A stretch of 62,662 bases of DNA from IMG/VR virus record IMGVR_UViG_3300032322_000475, positions 1-62,662 of that record; one strand, 5' to 3'. Position 1 is the first letter of the stretch. Each line of letters opens with the position of its first letter. This document shows positions 8,647 through 18,834 of this stretch, one piece after another. The notes below the pieces were generated by a model. That model saw only the letters and a list, made by a program, of their open reading frames with translations. It was not told the origin of the DNA and ran no database searches. The DNA is from a virus (taxonomy: Duplodnaviria > Caudoviricetes). The translations under genes were made by a program, and so were the position numbers.

Positions 8647-9618
8647 GTGGCGCAAGTTGATGGCGGCTTTGGTAGTGGCACATGGGCGGAGGCAGCGTGG
8701 GGCTGCTCTGTCTACTACCCTGTCATCTCAAACGGCGGTTGGGGTAATGGTCCCTGGGGAGCAGATGGCTGGGGACTTGGTAACGGCGGTTTTATCACCG
8801 CATCGGATAGTGTCAACGTAGCGGCGACACCGCCGATTGCAGCAACAGTATCAGAGTCGGTACAGATCGTAGATGTAGTAAGCGCTGGGGCAAACTTCTC
8901 AACGCAGGTAGTAGAAGCGGCAACCGGGGCTGATCAGGTATTTGGCGCTAGGACTGTATCTAGCGCGGTAAGCGAAACGGTTTTTGCAAACGATTCTGTC
9001 AACAGCTTGGTGGTGTTTACAAGCGTGGTGTCAGAGTCGGCAGTAGCAGCAGATTCGGTAGCATCGCAGGCAACGTTGGGCGCAGCGGTACGCGAGTCGG
9101 CAAATGCGAGTGACTCTGTTATCAGGGTTGTAACGTTTGCGGTACAGGTAAACGAGCGTGCCAACGTTTCAGAAACGGTAGCAGGCGGACTTGTATTTAC
9201 AAGCGTAGCAAGTGAAACTGCAAATGCGTCGGATGAAGTAAAGAGCGGATTTGGTATATCTGGTCTGATAAATGAGTCGGCTGCAATAGCAGATACGGCA
9301 AATGTTGTAAGGACTACGGTAGCGTCGATTGCGGAAGCTGTATCAACACAAGACCTGTTCAGCGCGTTGGCGCAGTTCATGGTCAAGATTACAGAGAACA
9401 CGACGGCGGCGGATGAAGATGGCGCAGAATCAGACAACGATGTCTTTACCCGAGAAAGCGCAAGAGCATCGGATGTTGTTAGTTGCAGGTATTTGTGGGA
9501 ATTGATAAATGACAGTCAAACGGCAGATTGGGTGGAGATTAACAACCCGCAGTCGGCAGGCTGGGCAACCGTGAGTACGACAGACAACGCAAGCTGGACG
9601 CTCATAAACACCATTTAG
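8647..9618 (+). CDS. Putative tail fibre/shaft protein with short repeats
   Basis: N-terminal GWG repeats, then ~19-20 aa repeats of V.ESA.A.DSV type. Confidence 0.6.
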   Translation: MAQVDGGFGSGTWAEAAWGCSVYYPVISNGGWGNGPWGADGWGLGNGGFITASDSVNVAATPPIAATVSESVQIVDVVSAGANFSTQVVEAATGADQVFGARTVSSAVSETVFANDSVNSLVVFTSVVSESAVAADSVASQATLGAAVRESANASDSVIRVVTFAVQVNERANVSETVAGGLVFTSVASETANASDEVKSGFGISGLINESAAIADTANVVRTTVASIAEAVSTQDLFSALAQFMVKITENTTAADEDGAESDNDVFTRESARASDVVSCRYLWELINDSQTADWVEINNPQSAGWATVSTTDNASWTLINTI

Positions 9619-9630
9619 TAAGGAAAGATT

Positions 9631-10380
9631 ATGGCAAGTACATATTCCCAGCTAAAGATCGAGTTGATCGGCACTGGCGACCAAGCAGGTACGTGGGGTA
9701 CAACCACGAACGTCAACCTCGGGACTGCCTTAGAAGAAGCCATCACCGGTTCTGCCAACGTCACGTTTGCTAGTTCGAACGTGGCGATAGCGCTAACAGA
9801 TACGAACGCTAGCCAGGTTGCGCGTAACCTTGAGCTAAACCTAGTTGGCACGATTACCAACCGCCAGACGCTGTTTATCCCTGCGATAGAGAAGCAGTAC
9901 ATCATCGTTAACAGTCTGTCGAACTCGGTTGTCATCTCCAACGGATCAAATGCGTCGCCGACGGGTACTACGGTGACCGTTCCGAATGGCAGATCGATGG
10001 TGATATTTAACGACGGTGTAAATATTGCCGAGACTACAAATTACATTACCGAGCTTGCCGTTTCCAACGTCACGGTGACTAACACTGTAAACGTTGCCAC
10101 CGTCAGCGTTGCCAACGTGACAGTAACCAACACGGCAAACATAGCTACGCTGAATTTGACGAATGCTTTGGGCGTGCCAAGCGGTGGCACGGGCAGGGCA
10201 AACCTGACGCTGGGCAGCGTAGTGGTTGGCAACAACACCGGCACGGTAACGCTGGTTGCGCCGGGTACGGCAAACAATGTGCTAACAAGTAACGGAACGC
10301 ACTGGGTCAGCCAGACTCCTACTGCGTCTGGCATTACCACAGGCAAAGCAATCGCTATGAGCATGATCTTCGGATTTTAA
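9631..10380 (+). CDS. Tail fibre proximal protein
   Basis: MASTYS.LKIELIGTGDQAGTWGTTTN start; LGVPSGGTG and VLTSNGT fibre motifs. Confidence 0.65.
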   Translation: MASTYSQLKIELIGTGDQAGTWGTTTNVNLGTALEEAITGSANVTFASSNVAIALTDTNASQVARNLELNLVGTITNRQTLFIPAIEKQYIIVNSLSNSVVISNGSNASPTGTTVTVPNGRSMVIFNDGVNIAETTNYITELAVSNVTVTNTVNVATVSVANVTVTNTANIATLNLTNALGVPSGGTGRANLTLGSVVVGNNTGTVTLVAPGTANNVLTSNGTHWVSQTPTASGITTGKAIAMSMIFGF

Positions 10381-10392
10381 GGAGTTATTAAA

Positions 10393-10794
10393 ATGGCAAA
10401 CCCTAATATTGTTAACGTCACGCAGATCTACGGTCAGACCACATATCTGACGCCTGCAAACACGTCTAACTTTGTACTCGTTACCAACGCGGTCAACTCT
10501 GGCAACGTTTTCAAGCTAGATCAGATCGTGGCTGCAAACCAGACCAACACGGCGGCGAACTGCACGGTGATGATTTTCACCAGCGGCAACGTTGCGGCAG
10601 GTAACGCTGTGGTGGTGACATCGGCTAACGCGTTCCCGATTGCATCAAACATTTCTGTTCCTGCGTTTGCGTCGCTGATTGTGATGGACAAGACGACGGC
10701 CACTTATCTGCTGGAGGATAAGGCTGTCATCGTTGCCAGCGGCACGAACAACGCAATATCCTTCTCGGTAAGCTACGAACAGATCAGCTCGTAA
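10393..10794 (+). CDS. Tail fibre-associated structural protein
   Basis: MANPNIVNVT start, VSYEQIS end; SD AAGGAG. Confidence 0.6.
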   Translation: MANPNIVNVTQIYGQTTYLTPANTSNFVLVTNAVNSGNVFKLDQIVAANQTNTAANCTVMIFTSGNVAAGNAVVVTSANAFPIASNISVPAFASLIVMDKTTATYLLEDKAVIVASGTNNAISFSVSYEQISS

Positions 10795-10803
10795 GGAGCG
10801 GCG

Positions 10804-12432
10804 ATGGCGATTCACGGGTATCCCGGCAACATTATCAGCGCGTCTTCGCCGCTGTACACGCCCGGCTTTGCGTCCGGCATTTGGAATCTTGGCTCGTGGC
10901 CTAGAGGGGTAACTGTTATCCAGACGTTTCTAGCGTCTGGTACGTGGACTGCGCCTGCTGGTGTGACCGCGGTGGATTACCTGGTGGTTGCTGGTGGAGG
11001 TGGGGGTGGAAACGGTGGCGGCTTAGGTGGTGGCGGTGGTGCAGGTGGATTTAGAACGGGAACCGCTTTGCCTGTAACCCCCGGAGCAAGTTACTTAATC
11101 ACTATTGGCGCTGGTGGTGCCGCACAATCTGCTGCTAAGGGTGATAACGGTAGCAACTCAATTTTTTCCGCTATCACTTCAAATGGTGGCGGTGGTGGTG
11201 GTTATAGCGCAGGCTCTCCCGCACAGGCGGGTGGCTCTGGAGGTGGCGGTCAAGGTGATCCTGCTGGAACTGGTGCTGCTGGGAATACACCAAGCACATC
11301 TCCATCACAAGGAAACAACGGCGGAAACGGATCTGGCGGTGGATTTAGCTCAAGTGGTGGTGGCGGTGGTGGTGCAAATGCGATTGGAGTAAACGGGGTA
11401 ACAAGCGGCGCTGGTGGTAATGGCGGTAATGGAACTGCGTCAAGCATAAGCGGAACCAGCACTACTTATGCTGGTGGCGGCGGTGGTGGCGTCGCTGGTG
11501 GAAGAGCAGCAGGTTTGGGTGGAGCTGGTGGTGGTGGAAACGCGTCTAACTCAGGCAGTGTTGCTGCAAGTAATGGCACAGCTAATACCGGCGGCGGAGG
11601 AGGTGGTGGTGGCGCAACTGCACCTTCAACTTTTGGCGCAGGCGGCAACGGCGGCTCTGGCATTGTCATCCTACGCTACACAGCACCTAATCAGTCTATC
11701 TTTGTGTTCAACTCTACTGCCCAGTGGACTGCCCCTGTCGGCGTGACGAGCGTGGACTATCTGGTTGTTGCTGGCGGTGGTGGTGGCGGGAATAGTTCTT
11801 CTGCTGGTGGTGGCGGTGCTGGTGGTATGAGGACAGGAACCGGATTGTCTGTTACTGGTGGCACGGAATATACGATTACTGTTGGTGCTGGCGGCGGTGG
11901 AAACACAAATGGGAGTAATAGCGTATTTAGCACGATTACTTCTACTGGTGGCGGTAAAGGTGGTTCAGCCGGTGGTGGAAGTAATGGTGGTTCTGGCGGT
12001 GGTGGGTATGCGGGAAATCCGGGAGGAACAGGAAACACGCCCTCTACATCTCCTTCTCAAGGAAATAATGGTGGCGCAGGAGGCGCATTTTCTCCAGTTT
12101 ATTCATCTGGCGGCGGCGGCGGTGCTTCTGCTGCTGGTGGAGTAGGGAATAGTTCTGCTGGCACTTCTGGTAATGGAGGCGCAGGTACAGCCTCATCCAT
12201 TTCTGGAAGTTCCGTGACCTACGCCGGTGGTGGTGGTGGTGGTGCAAACACAGATTTTGGTGGCACTCGCGGAACAGGAGGAGCCGGAGGTGGTGGGGAT
12301 GGCGCACCAGTAAGTGGCAATCCGACTAATGGAACAGCAAATACAGGTGGCGGTGGCGGTGGTGCAGCAACTAGCCCGAACGCAGGTGGTTCTGGTGGTT
12401 CTGGTATTGTCATCATCAAGTGCAATCAATAA
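10804..12432 (+). CDS. Glycine-rich tail fibre/adhesin 1 (two tandem Gly-rich domains)
   Basis: Two WTAP.GVT.VDYLVVAGGGGG...GGSGIVI(L/I) units. Confidence 0.8.
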   Translation: MAIHGYPGNIISASSPLYTPGFASGIWNLGSWPRGVTVIQTFLASGTWTAPAGVTAVDYLVVAGGGGGGNGGGLGGGGGAGGFRTGTALPVTPGASYLITIGAGGAAQSAAKGDNGSNSIFSAITSNGGGGGGYSAGSPAQAGGSGGGGQGDPAGTGAAGNTPSTSPSQGNNGGNGSGGGFSSSGGGGGGANAIGVNGVTSGAGGNGGNGTASSISGTSTTYAGGGGGGVAGGRAAGLGGAGGGGNASNSGSVAASNGTANTGGGGGGGGATAPSTFGAGGNGGSGIVILRYTAPNQSIFVFNSTAQWTAPVGVTSVDYLVVAGGGGGGNSSSAGGGGAGGMRTGTGLSVTGGTEYTITVGAGGGGNTNGSNSVFSTITSTGGGKGGSAGGGSNGGSGGGGYAGNPGGTGNTPSTSPSQGNNGGAGGAFSPVYSSGGGGGASAAGGVGNSSAGTSGNGGAGTASSISGSSVTYAGGGGGGANTDFGGTRGTGGAGGGGDGAPVSGNPTNGTANTGGGGGGAATSPNAGGSGGSGIVIIKCNQ

Positions 12433-12440
12433 GGTAAGAC

Positions 12441-14090
12441 ATGAGTGATTATCCCGGCAGAATAATGACGCGTGCGCCGGTCATACCGAGCACGACGCAG
12501 GCATCTGGCATCTGGACGCTACAGCAGGCATTACAGGCTATAAAAGCAGGCGTGTGGCCGGGCATATCTACCAACACGGTGGTGCTGTCATTCACGGCTA
12601 CCAACTCGTGGACATGCCCTGACGGTGTGTCGCAGGTGGATTACCTAGTGGTGGCGGGTGGTGCTGGAGGTGGGACGGGATCTCCGGGTACTTACAACGG
12701 TGGCGGTGGCGGAGCAGGCGGATTCAGAACTGGCACATCACTTCCAGTCGTACCAGGAACTACTTATACAGTTACCGTTGGGTCTGGCGGTGCTGTAAAC
12801 ACAAACGGCGGCAATTCGATTTTTTCCACTTTAACAGCTAATGGCGGTGGTTTTGGCGCTGGCACTGGGGCAACTACTGGGCAAGCAGGAGGTTCTGGCG
12901 GTGGCGGCAGAACCAACACTGCTGGAGGTGCAGGAAACACACCGGTTACCACTCCAAGTCAAGGCAACAACGGGGGTGCGGGTGGTGGCACTTATGGCGG
13001 CGGTGGTGGTGGAGCAACAGAAGTTGGCAATGCTTCGGGCAATGGATATGGTGGAAACGGAACGGCTTCAACTTTGTCTGGCACTTCCACTACATACGGC
13101 GGTGGGGGTGGTGGTGCGGTTGACCCTAATGTTGGAATAGGTGGCACTGGTGGTGGCGGCAATGGTGGTAAGGCTGTTCCTCCTGTAATCAACTCAACAG
13201 CGGGCACAGCAAATACTGGCGGCGGCGGTGGTGGTGGCACATCAAGCGCCCCAAGCACGGCAAGTGCAGGCGGCAGCGGCATTGTCATTATTAGATACCT
13301 AGCCCCACAGACAGGCGTGCTGACGTTCCCAGCTTCCGGCTCGTGGACTTGTCCGCCGGGCGTGGTCAGTGTGGATTACCTAGTAGTAGCGGGTGGTGGT
13401 GGCGGTGCGAAAGACTTAGCTAATGGTGTCGGCAGTGGTGCTGGCGGCGCTGGTGGTTATCGGACTGGCACTAACCTGTCTGTTACTGCTGGAACCACAT
13501 ACGCAATCACTGTCGGTGGTGGTGGTGCTACTCAAACAACAAGTAGGACAAGCGGCAACAATGGTAGCGGTTCTACGTTTAGCACTATTACATCTGCGGG
13601 TGGTGGTGGTGGTGGTGCTTATTTAGGCGCTGGTCAAGCTGGCGGCTCTGGCGGCGGTGGCGGTGGTTTTGCAAACCCTGCATCTGTTGGAGGGGCTGGA
13701 AACACGCCCAACACATCTCCAAGCCAAGGCAACAATGGTGGGGCAGGAGGTACTATTCCTAACTCTGGAGGTGGTGGCGGCGGTGGGGCAAACGCAGTTG
13801 GGTCAAGCGCGTCATCTAATGTTGGTGGTAATGGCGGCAATGGTTCTGCTTCTTCAATATCTGGGCAATCTGTTACCTACGCAGGCGGTGGTGGCGGCGG
13901 TGGTCTTGTTGCTGCTGGTGGCACAGGTGGTACAGGAGGCGGTGGTGCGGGTGGTGGTAGCGCAGCAGCGGGTACTGCTGGCACAGCAAACACTGGGGGT
14001 GGCGGCGGAGGCGGCGGCACAAGCGGTGCGGCAGCAGGTGATGGCGGCGCAGGCGGTTCTGGAATTGTCATCCTCAAACTAAACTCATAA
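12441..14090 (+). CDS. Glycine-rich tail fibre/adhesin 2 (two tandem Gly-rich domains)
   Basis: Two WTCP.GV..VDYLVVAGG...GGSGIVI units; paralog of the upstream gene. Confidence 0.8.
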   Translation: MSDYPGRIMTRAPVIPSTTQASGIWTLQQALQAIKAGVWPGISTNTVVLSFTATNSWTCPDGVSQVDYLVVAGGAGGGTGSPGTYNGGGGGAGGFRTGTSLPVVPGTTYTVTVGSGGAVNTNGGNSIFSTLTANGGGFGAGTGATTGQAGGSGGGGRTNTAGGAGNTPVTTPSQGNNGGAGGGTYGGGGGGATEVGNASGNGYGGNGTASTLSGTSTTYGGGGGGAVDPNVGIGGTGGGGNGGKAVPPVINSTAGTANTGGGGGGGTSSAPSTASAGGSGIVIIRYLAPQTGVLTFPASGSWTCPPGVVSVDYLVVAGGGGGAKDLANGVGSGAGGAGGYRTGTNLSVTAGTTYAITVGGGGATQTTSRTSGNNGSGSTFSTITSAGGGGGGAYLGAGQAGGSGGGGGGFANPASVGGAGNTPNTSPSQGNNGGAGGTIPNSGGGGGGGANAVGSSASSNVGGNGGNGSASSISGQSVTYAGGGGGGGLVAAGGTGGTGGGGAGGGSAAAGTAGTANTGGGGGGGGTSGAAAGDGGAGGSGIVILKLNS

Positions 14091-14098
14091 AAGGACTT

Positions 14099-14356
14099 AT
14101 GGACAGCAAAATCTACATGATGGTAGGGATTGATACAGCGATGCACCTGCTACGTCCGGGCGCTCGTTGGGAGATCACCAACAACTTCTTCAGCGTATGG
14201 GATGACCCACGCCCATGCCCGACGATGGAAGAAGTGCATGACACCATGGAAAAGATTAAAGCCTTCGAGGACAGCATCAACACCATCTGGACTGACGAGC
14301 AGATTGCGCAGATCACAGGTCAGCAGCGCGAGTACGACAAGGCGGTGAACGGATGA
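14099..14356 (+). CDS. Putative fibre assembly chaperone (XkdW-like)
   Basis: AMHLLRPGARW...WDDPRPCPT motif right after the fibres. Confidence 0.5.
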   Translation: MDSKIYMMVGIDTAMHLLRPGARWEITNNFFSVWDDPRPCPTMEEVHDTMEKIKAFEDSINTIWTDEQIAQITGQQREYDKAVNG

Positions 14357-14961
14357 ATATCCAGAACCTTTTTCCGCTGCCTATCGGGTTTGCCCGGCTC
14401 GGTCGTGATCTGACCAAGACAGAGCTGGACTTTATTCTCGGCCAAGAGCGCTACGCCAACGAAGGCAACGCCACTAGCGCCGACCGTAAGATATTGGTTG
14501 GCAAAGAGTTGACCGACATCCGCGATTTTATCGAAGACGCGATGTTGGAATACTTTAAGACCGTGCATGATCCTAAAGGTGACGTATCCCTGTACATCAC
14601 TCAGTCGTGGTCAAACTACACAGAGCCGGGACAGTATCACCACAAGCACGCGCACCCGAACAGCTTTATCAGCGGTGTGTTTTACCCGCAGGCTGACAGG
14701 CTGGTAGACAAGATTTACTTTTACAAAAGCGGCTACGAGCGTATCAAGCTACAGCCAGACACATGGAACCACTGGAACTCTGAAAGCTGGTGGTATGAAG
14801 TTGGCGCAGGTGATTTGATTCTATTCCCGTCGCACCTTGAGCACATGGTTCAGACCAAGGTTGGCAACGAGACCAGAGTCAGCATTGCATTTAATACCTT
14901 TCTCAAGGGACACATCGGTGTCGATGAGAGCTTAACTGGACTGCAATTAGGAGAAGAGTAA
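14353..14961 (+). CDS. 2OG-Fe(II) oxygenase (TIGR02466-like)
   Basis: HHKHAHPNSFISGVFY, GDLILFPSHLEHMV, RVSIAFN. Confidence 0.85.
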   Translation: MNIQNLFPLPIGFARLGRDLTKTELDFILGQERYANEGNATSADRKILVGKELTDIRDFIEDAMLEYFKTVHDPKGDVSLYITQSWSNYTEPGQYHHKHAHPNSFISGVFYPQADRLVDKIYFYKSGYERIKLQPDTWNHWNSESWWYEVGAGDLILFPSHLEHMVQTKVGNETRVSIAFNTFLKGHIGVDESLTGLQLGEE

Positions 14962-15326
14962 TGGCACATTTCGCGGAACTGGGTCCGAATAACGAGGTTC
15001 TTCGCGTTATTGTCGTGGACAATCGTGACACTGCTGATGCTAGCGGCATTGAGAAAGAGCATATCGGTGCTGCTTTCTGCGAGCGTCTCTTGGGTGGCCG
15101 CTGGGTACAGACCAGCTACAACGGGAACAAGCGCAAGAACTACGCCGGTCAGGGCTACACATTTGACGAGCAACGTGATGCGTTCATCCCGCCCAAGCCG
15201 TTTGCAAGCTGGGTGTTGGTTGAAGAAACCTGCCAGTGGAAAGCGCCTGTCGATATGCCGACAGACGGCAAGATGTATTCATGGGATGAAGCTACGACTT
15301 CGTGGAAAGCACAAGAAACTGCTTGA
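14961..15326 (+). CDS. Conserved phage tail-associated protein
   Basis: MAHFAEL...WVQTSYN...RKNYAG.GYTFD..RDAFIPPKPF.SW. Confidence 0.6.
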   Translation: MAHFAELGPNNEVLRVIVVDNRDTADASGIEKEHIGAAFCERLLGGRWVQTSYNGNKRKNYAGQGYTFDEQRDAFIPPKPFASWVLVEETCQWKAPVDMPTDGKMYSWDEATTSWKAQETA

Positions 15327-15334
15327 GGTAAATC

Positions 15335-15745
15335 ATGGACGCTGAACTGCAAAAGGTAAAGCTGGAAGCAGAGGTTGAGCTTGCCAAGCTAGAAGCCACG
15401 TCACCTGCCAAAGAGGTGGCTGGTAAAGCTATCGGCAAGTTTGGGCTGGCTGCGATTGTGTCTATTGTGGTTATCGGCGTCGTGGCAAGCTTGTGGTTGG
15501 AAGAGTCCAAGATGGCGGCTGTTATGGGACTGCTGGGCGCTTCGTTGACTGCGTTAATTCAGATGTTAAACGGCATCGCTGGATCTGCGCCAAAGCAAGA
15601 CAAGCCAGAGTTTGAGGTAATGAAACAGTTGATTGACAAGCTAGACCGCCTCGACCGCAAGGAGCCATCTATGCAGGTGGATGTGGAAGATGGAAAAGTT
15701 ACCGTCAAGCGTGGCGATGACAAGGTTATTGCGGAGACTAAATGA
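15335..15745 (+). CDS. Two-TM membrane protein (lysis region)
   Basis: Two hydrophobic segments; upstream of holin and endolysin. Confidence 0.55.
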   Translation: MDAELQKVKLEAEVELAKLEATSPAKEVAGKAIGKFGLAAIVSIVVIGVVASLWLEESKMAAVMGLLGASLTALIQMLNGIAGSAPKQDKPEFEVMKQLIDKLDRLDRKEPSMQVDVEDGKVTVKRGDDKVIAETK

Positions 15746-16236
15746 TTCCATTACTTGCACCGATTCTGACGCAGCTTGCAGGCGCTGGTTTGCAGAAAGT
15801 TGCCGACTCCGTTCTGGACAAAGGGCTAGAGCACGTTGAGGAAAAGCTCGGTATCAAGCTGGAGCCTAACGAGAACGGTGTGTTGGATGAGGGCAAGTTG
15901 GCAGAAATTCAGATGGCTGCCATGAAGCACGCAGAGTTTATGGCAGAGATTGATCTGAAGAACACGCAAGATGCGCGGGAGATGCAGGAAAAGGCTATGG
16001 AAAACGCAGATCCGTGGGTGCGTCGGTACGTGTACATCCTTGCCGGTTTTTGGTCTTTGTTTGCTACGAGCTACATCATTCTCATCACGGTAGCCGACAT
16101 TCCAGAGAAGAACATCCGGTTTGTGGATACTGTTCTTGGCTTCATCCTTGGCACGGTGGTGGCTACCATCCTGAACTTCTTCTTTGGTTCTAGCCAAAGC
16201 AGCAAGGACAAGACCAAGGAGCTGATGAAGAAATGA
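15742..16236 (+). CDS. Putative holin (3TM/GTA-holin-like)
   Basis: DAREMQ motif, C-terminal TM helices ending FFFGSSQSS; overlaps endolysin start. Confidence 0.6.
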   Translation: MIPLLAPILTQLAGAGLQKVADSVLDKGLEHVEEKLGIKLEPNENGVLDEGKLAEIQMAAMKHAEFMAEIDLKNTQDAREMQEKAMENADPWVRRYVYILAGFWSLFATSYIILITVADIPEKNIRFVDTVLGFILGTVVATILNFFFGSSQSSKDKTKELMKK

Positions 16237-16694
16237 AGCTTTCGCCGAACTTCACGCTGGAGGAAATGACCGTCAGCGACTATGCGGCACGGCACGAGCT
16301 AGACAATACTCCGCAGAACGAGCACCTGCTGAATCTCAAGCGCTTGGCAGCTTTTTTGGAATCGTTGCGAGCGTTGCTGGGCAAGCCGATTAGCATCAAC
16401 TCTGCTTACCGCAGCCCGCAGGTTAATGCGGCAATTAAGGGGTCGAAGACTAGTCAACATTGCCACGGTACGGCAGCAGATATTCGTGTGTCTGGAATGA
16501 TCCCAGATCAGGTGGTAAAGCGTATCATTGCGTCAACGTTGCCATACGATCAGGTTATCCGTGAGTTTTCAGATCCGGTGCGTGGTGGTGGCTGGACGCA
16601 TGTCAGCATCCCGAACGCAACAGACGGAAAGCCTAGAAAAATGGCGCTGATCATCGACAAGAAGGGCACGCGCCCGTACAAGTCAGGTGGGTAA
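16233..16694 (+). CDS. Endolysin, peptidase M15A family
   Basis: LSPNFTLEE, INSAYRS, SQHCHGTAAD, WTHVS zinc-ligand motifs. Confidence 0.9.
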   Translation: MKLSPNFTLEEMTVSDYAARHELDNTPQNEHLLNLKRLAAFLESLRALLGKPISINSAYRSPQVNAAIKGSKTSQHCHGTAADIRVSGMIPDQVVKRIIASTLPYDQVIREFSDPVRGGGWTHVSIPNATDGKPRKMALIIDKKGTRPYKSGG

Positions 16695-16696
16695 AA

Positions 16697-18832
16697 ATGC
16701 CGTTACAGCTTTTACAATTTCGCCCCGGCATCAACCGTGAGGGCACCACGCTTGCAAACGAAGGCGGCTGGTACGAGTGCGACAAGATACGGTTTCGTTC
16801 TGGCTATCCACAAAAGCTGGGCGGTTGGCAGCCAATCACGCCTAACACTTACCTCGGCGTTGCCCGTGGGTTAATCAACTGGGTCACACTCAAGGGCTAT
16901 AACCTGCTGGGTGTTGGCACGAACCTGAAGTACTACATTGAATCTGGTGGCGTTTACAACGACATCACGCCCGTCAGATCCACGGTTACGTTGACAGATC
17001 CGTTTACGACAGTCGCAAGCTCCAAGACTGTCACAGTAACGGATGCAGATCACGGTGCCATTACCGGCGACTTCGTGACTTTCTCCGGCGCAACAACGGT
17101 TGGCGGGTTGAATCTGAACGGTGAGTATCAGGTTACCTATATCAGCAACAGCCAGTACACCATCGAAGCCGATACGGCGGCAACATCGAGCGCGACCGGC
17201 GGCGGCACTGTTACAGCGGTGTATCAGATCAACACGGGTCTTGCTGTTTACAGCTACGTCACCGGCTGGGGCACGGGCTTGTGGGGCGGCTTTGTAACCG
17301 GTGCGCAGCAGACTACGTTGTCAGCGTCGTTGAACTCAAGCAACACCAATATTGCTGTGGTGTCTACTACTGGGTTCTCGAATGCCACCGGCACCATATT
17401 GATAGATCGAGAGCTTGCTACCTACACTGGCAACACGGCGGTGGTGTTTACCGGCGCAACACGCGGGGCGAACGGCACGGTAGCGACGTCGCACGCCAAT
17501 AGCACGGTGGTGTACAACGCCAACACATTTACCGGCTGGGGGCAGTCGTCCGCCAGTAGTATTGGCTTGCAGCTACGCTTGTGGTCACAGGCAAACTTCG
17601 GTGAATATCTGATCATCAGCCCGCGCAATGGTCCGCTGTACTTGTGGATACCGCAGTACACCGGCGCTAATGTGCTGCTGTTTAATGAGCCAGCCAAACT
17701 GCTGTCGCCCACGTCGTCTGGTGTGTATCAGACCGATGCAGACTGCCCTGTGGTTGCAGCGCAAGTTATGGTGTCGGACGCCTCACGGTTTGTGATTGCC
17801 ATGGGCGCTAATGATTACGGTAGTTCCGAGCAGAACCCGATGCTGATCCGCTGGTCAGATCAGGAAAGCTACAGCACTTGGACGCCTGCGATTACCAACC
17901 AGGCTGGCAGCTACCAACTATCCAGCGGTTCCACGATTGTGACCGCCATCCAAACACGGCAGGAGATTTTAGTCCTGACAGATGCGGCGGCATATTCCAT
18001 GCAGTATCTGGGTCCACCGTTTGTCTGGGGCTTCAACATCCTGTCCAACAACATTTCGATCATTGGTCCGAACGCTATCGGTGCGGCGAACAATATCGTG
18101 TACTGGATGGGTCTGGACAAGTTCTACGTTTACACAGGCCGAGTGGAAACGTTGCCATGCGCCCTGCGGCAGTACGTGTACGGCGACATCAACCTAGAGC
18201 AGAGCTACCAAGTGTTCTGCGGCAGCAACGAGGGTTACAGCGAAATCTGGTGGTTCTACTGCTCTGCCGACAGCACGACGGTCAACCGGTACGTGATCTT
18301 CAATTATCTGGACAAGGTCTGGTACTACGGCACGCTGGATCGCAGCGCTTGGCTGGATAGCCCGCTACGCAATTACCCGATGGCAGCTACCTACAATCAC
18401 ACCATCGTGTTCCATGAGAATGGTAATGATGACGTTGAGGTTAACGGCACCATCAATCCGATAGATTCATACATCCAGTCGTCAGACTTTGATATTGGCA
18501 ACGGCCACAACTTTGGTTTCGTGTGGCGCATGATTCCTGATATTACGTTTGACGGATCTGACAGTGCTGCGCCTGCCAAGCCAGAGGTTACGTTTAGCGT
18601 AAGGCCGCGACAGAACCCTGGTGCGCCGTATGGCGTAGCGGCTTCGCCCACCGTTCAGTCTGCGCAGTCTTACGCTGCCCAGCGGAACTACACGGTGCAG
18701 GAGTTCACGGAGATTGTGTACACCCGGATTCGCGGGCGGCAGATGGCATTCAAGGTCAGCTCTAACCAGATTGGCTGTGCATGGCAGCTAGGCGCTCCTA
18801 GAATTGATGTGCGTGCTGATGGCCGGAGGTAA
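16697..18832 (+). CDS. Tail tube/nozzle (DNA stabilization) protein
   Basis: 711-aa beta-rich protein (LIRWSDQE, FYVYTG.VETLPC, EIWWFY) preceding the ejection genes. Confidence 0.65.
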   Translation: MPLQLLQFRPGINREGTTLANEGGWYECDKIRFRSGYPQKLGGWQPITPNTYLGVARGLINWVTLKGYNLLGVGTNLKYYIESGGVYNDITPVRSTVTLTDPFTTVASSKTVTVTDADHGAITGDFVTFSGATTVGGLNLNGEYQVTYISNSQYTIEADTAATSSATGGGTVTAVYQINTGLAVYSYVTGWGTGLWGGFVTGAQQTTLSASLNSSNTNIAVVSTTGFSNATGTILIDRELATYTGNTAVVFTGATRGANGTVATSHANSTVVYNANTFTGWGQSSASSIGLQLRLWSQANFGEYLIISPRNGPLYLWIPQYTGANVLLFNEPAKLLSPTSSGVYQTDADCPVVAAQVMVSDASRFVIAMGANDYGSSEQNPMLIRWSDQESYSTWTPAITNQAGSYQLSSGSTIVTAIQTRQEILVLTDAAAYSMQYLGPPFVWGFNILSNNISIIGPNAIGAANNIVYWMGLDKFYVYTGRVETLPCALRQYVYGDINLEQSYQVFCGSNEGYSEIWWFYCSADSTTVNRYVIFNYLDKVWYYGTLDRSAWLDSPLRNYPMAATYNHTIVFHENGNDDVEVNGTINPIDSYIQSSDFDIGNGHNFGFVWRMIPDITFDGSDSAAPAKPEVTFSVRPRQNPGAPYGVAASPTVQSAQSYAAQRNYTVQEFTEIVYTRIRGRQMAFKVSSNQIGCAWQLGAPRIDVRADGRR

Positions 18833-18834
18833 AC

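Noticed and set aside
11465-13895. YAGGG matches to the xxGG tag in the fibre genes
   Set aside because: Part of the poly-Gly domain scaffold, so excluded from the motif count
10804-14090. Repeated DNA segments as a CRISPR array or DGR target
   Set aside because: Repeats are in-frame protein-domain duplications; no constant repeat-spacer period, no reverse transcriptase, no adenine-specific TR/VR pair seen
11105-14146. Many Pro-rich minus-strand and Val-rich alternate-frame ORFs
   Set aside because: Shadows of GGN poly-Gly codons in the fibre genes; no RBS or independent features
15335-15745. Spanin call
   Set aside because: Two TM helices, no lipobox and no nested o-spanin ORF visible
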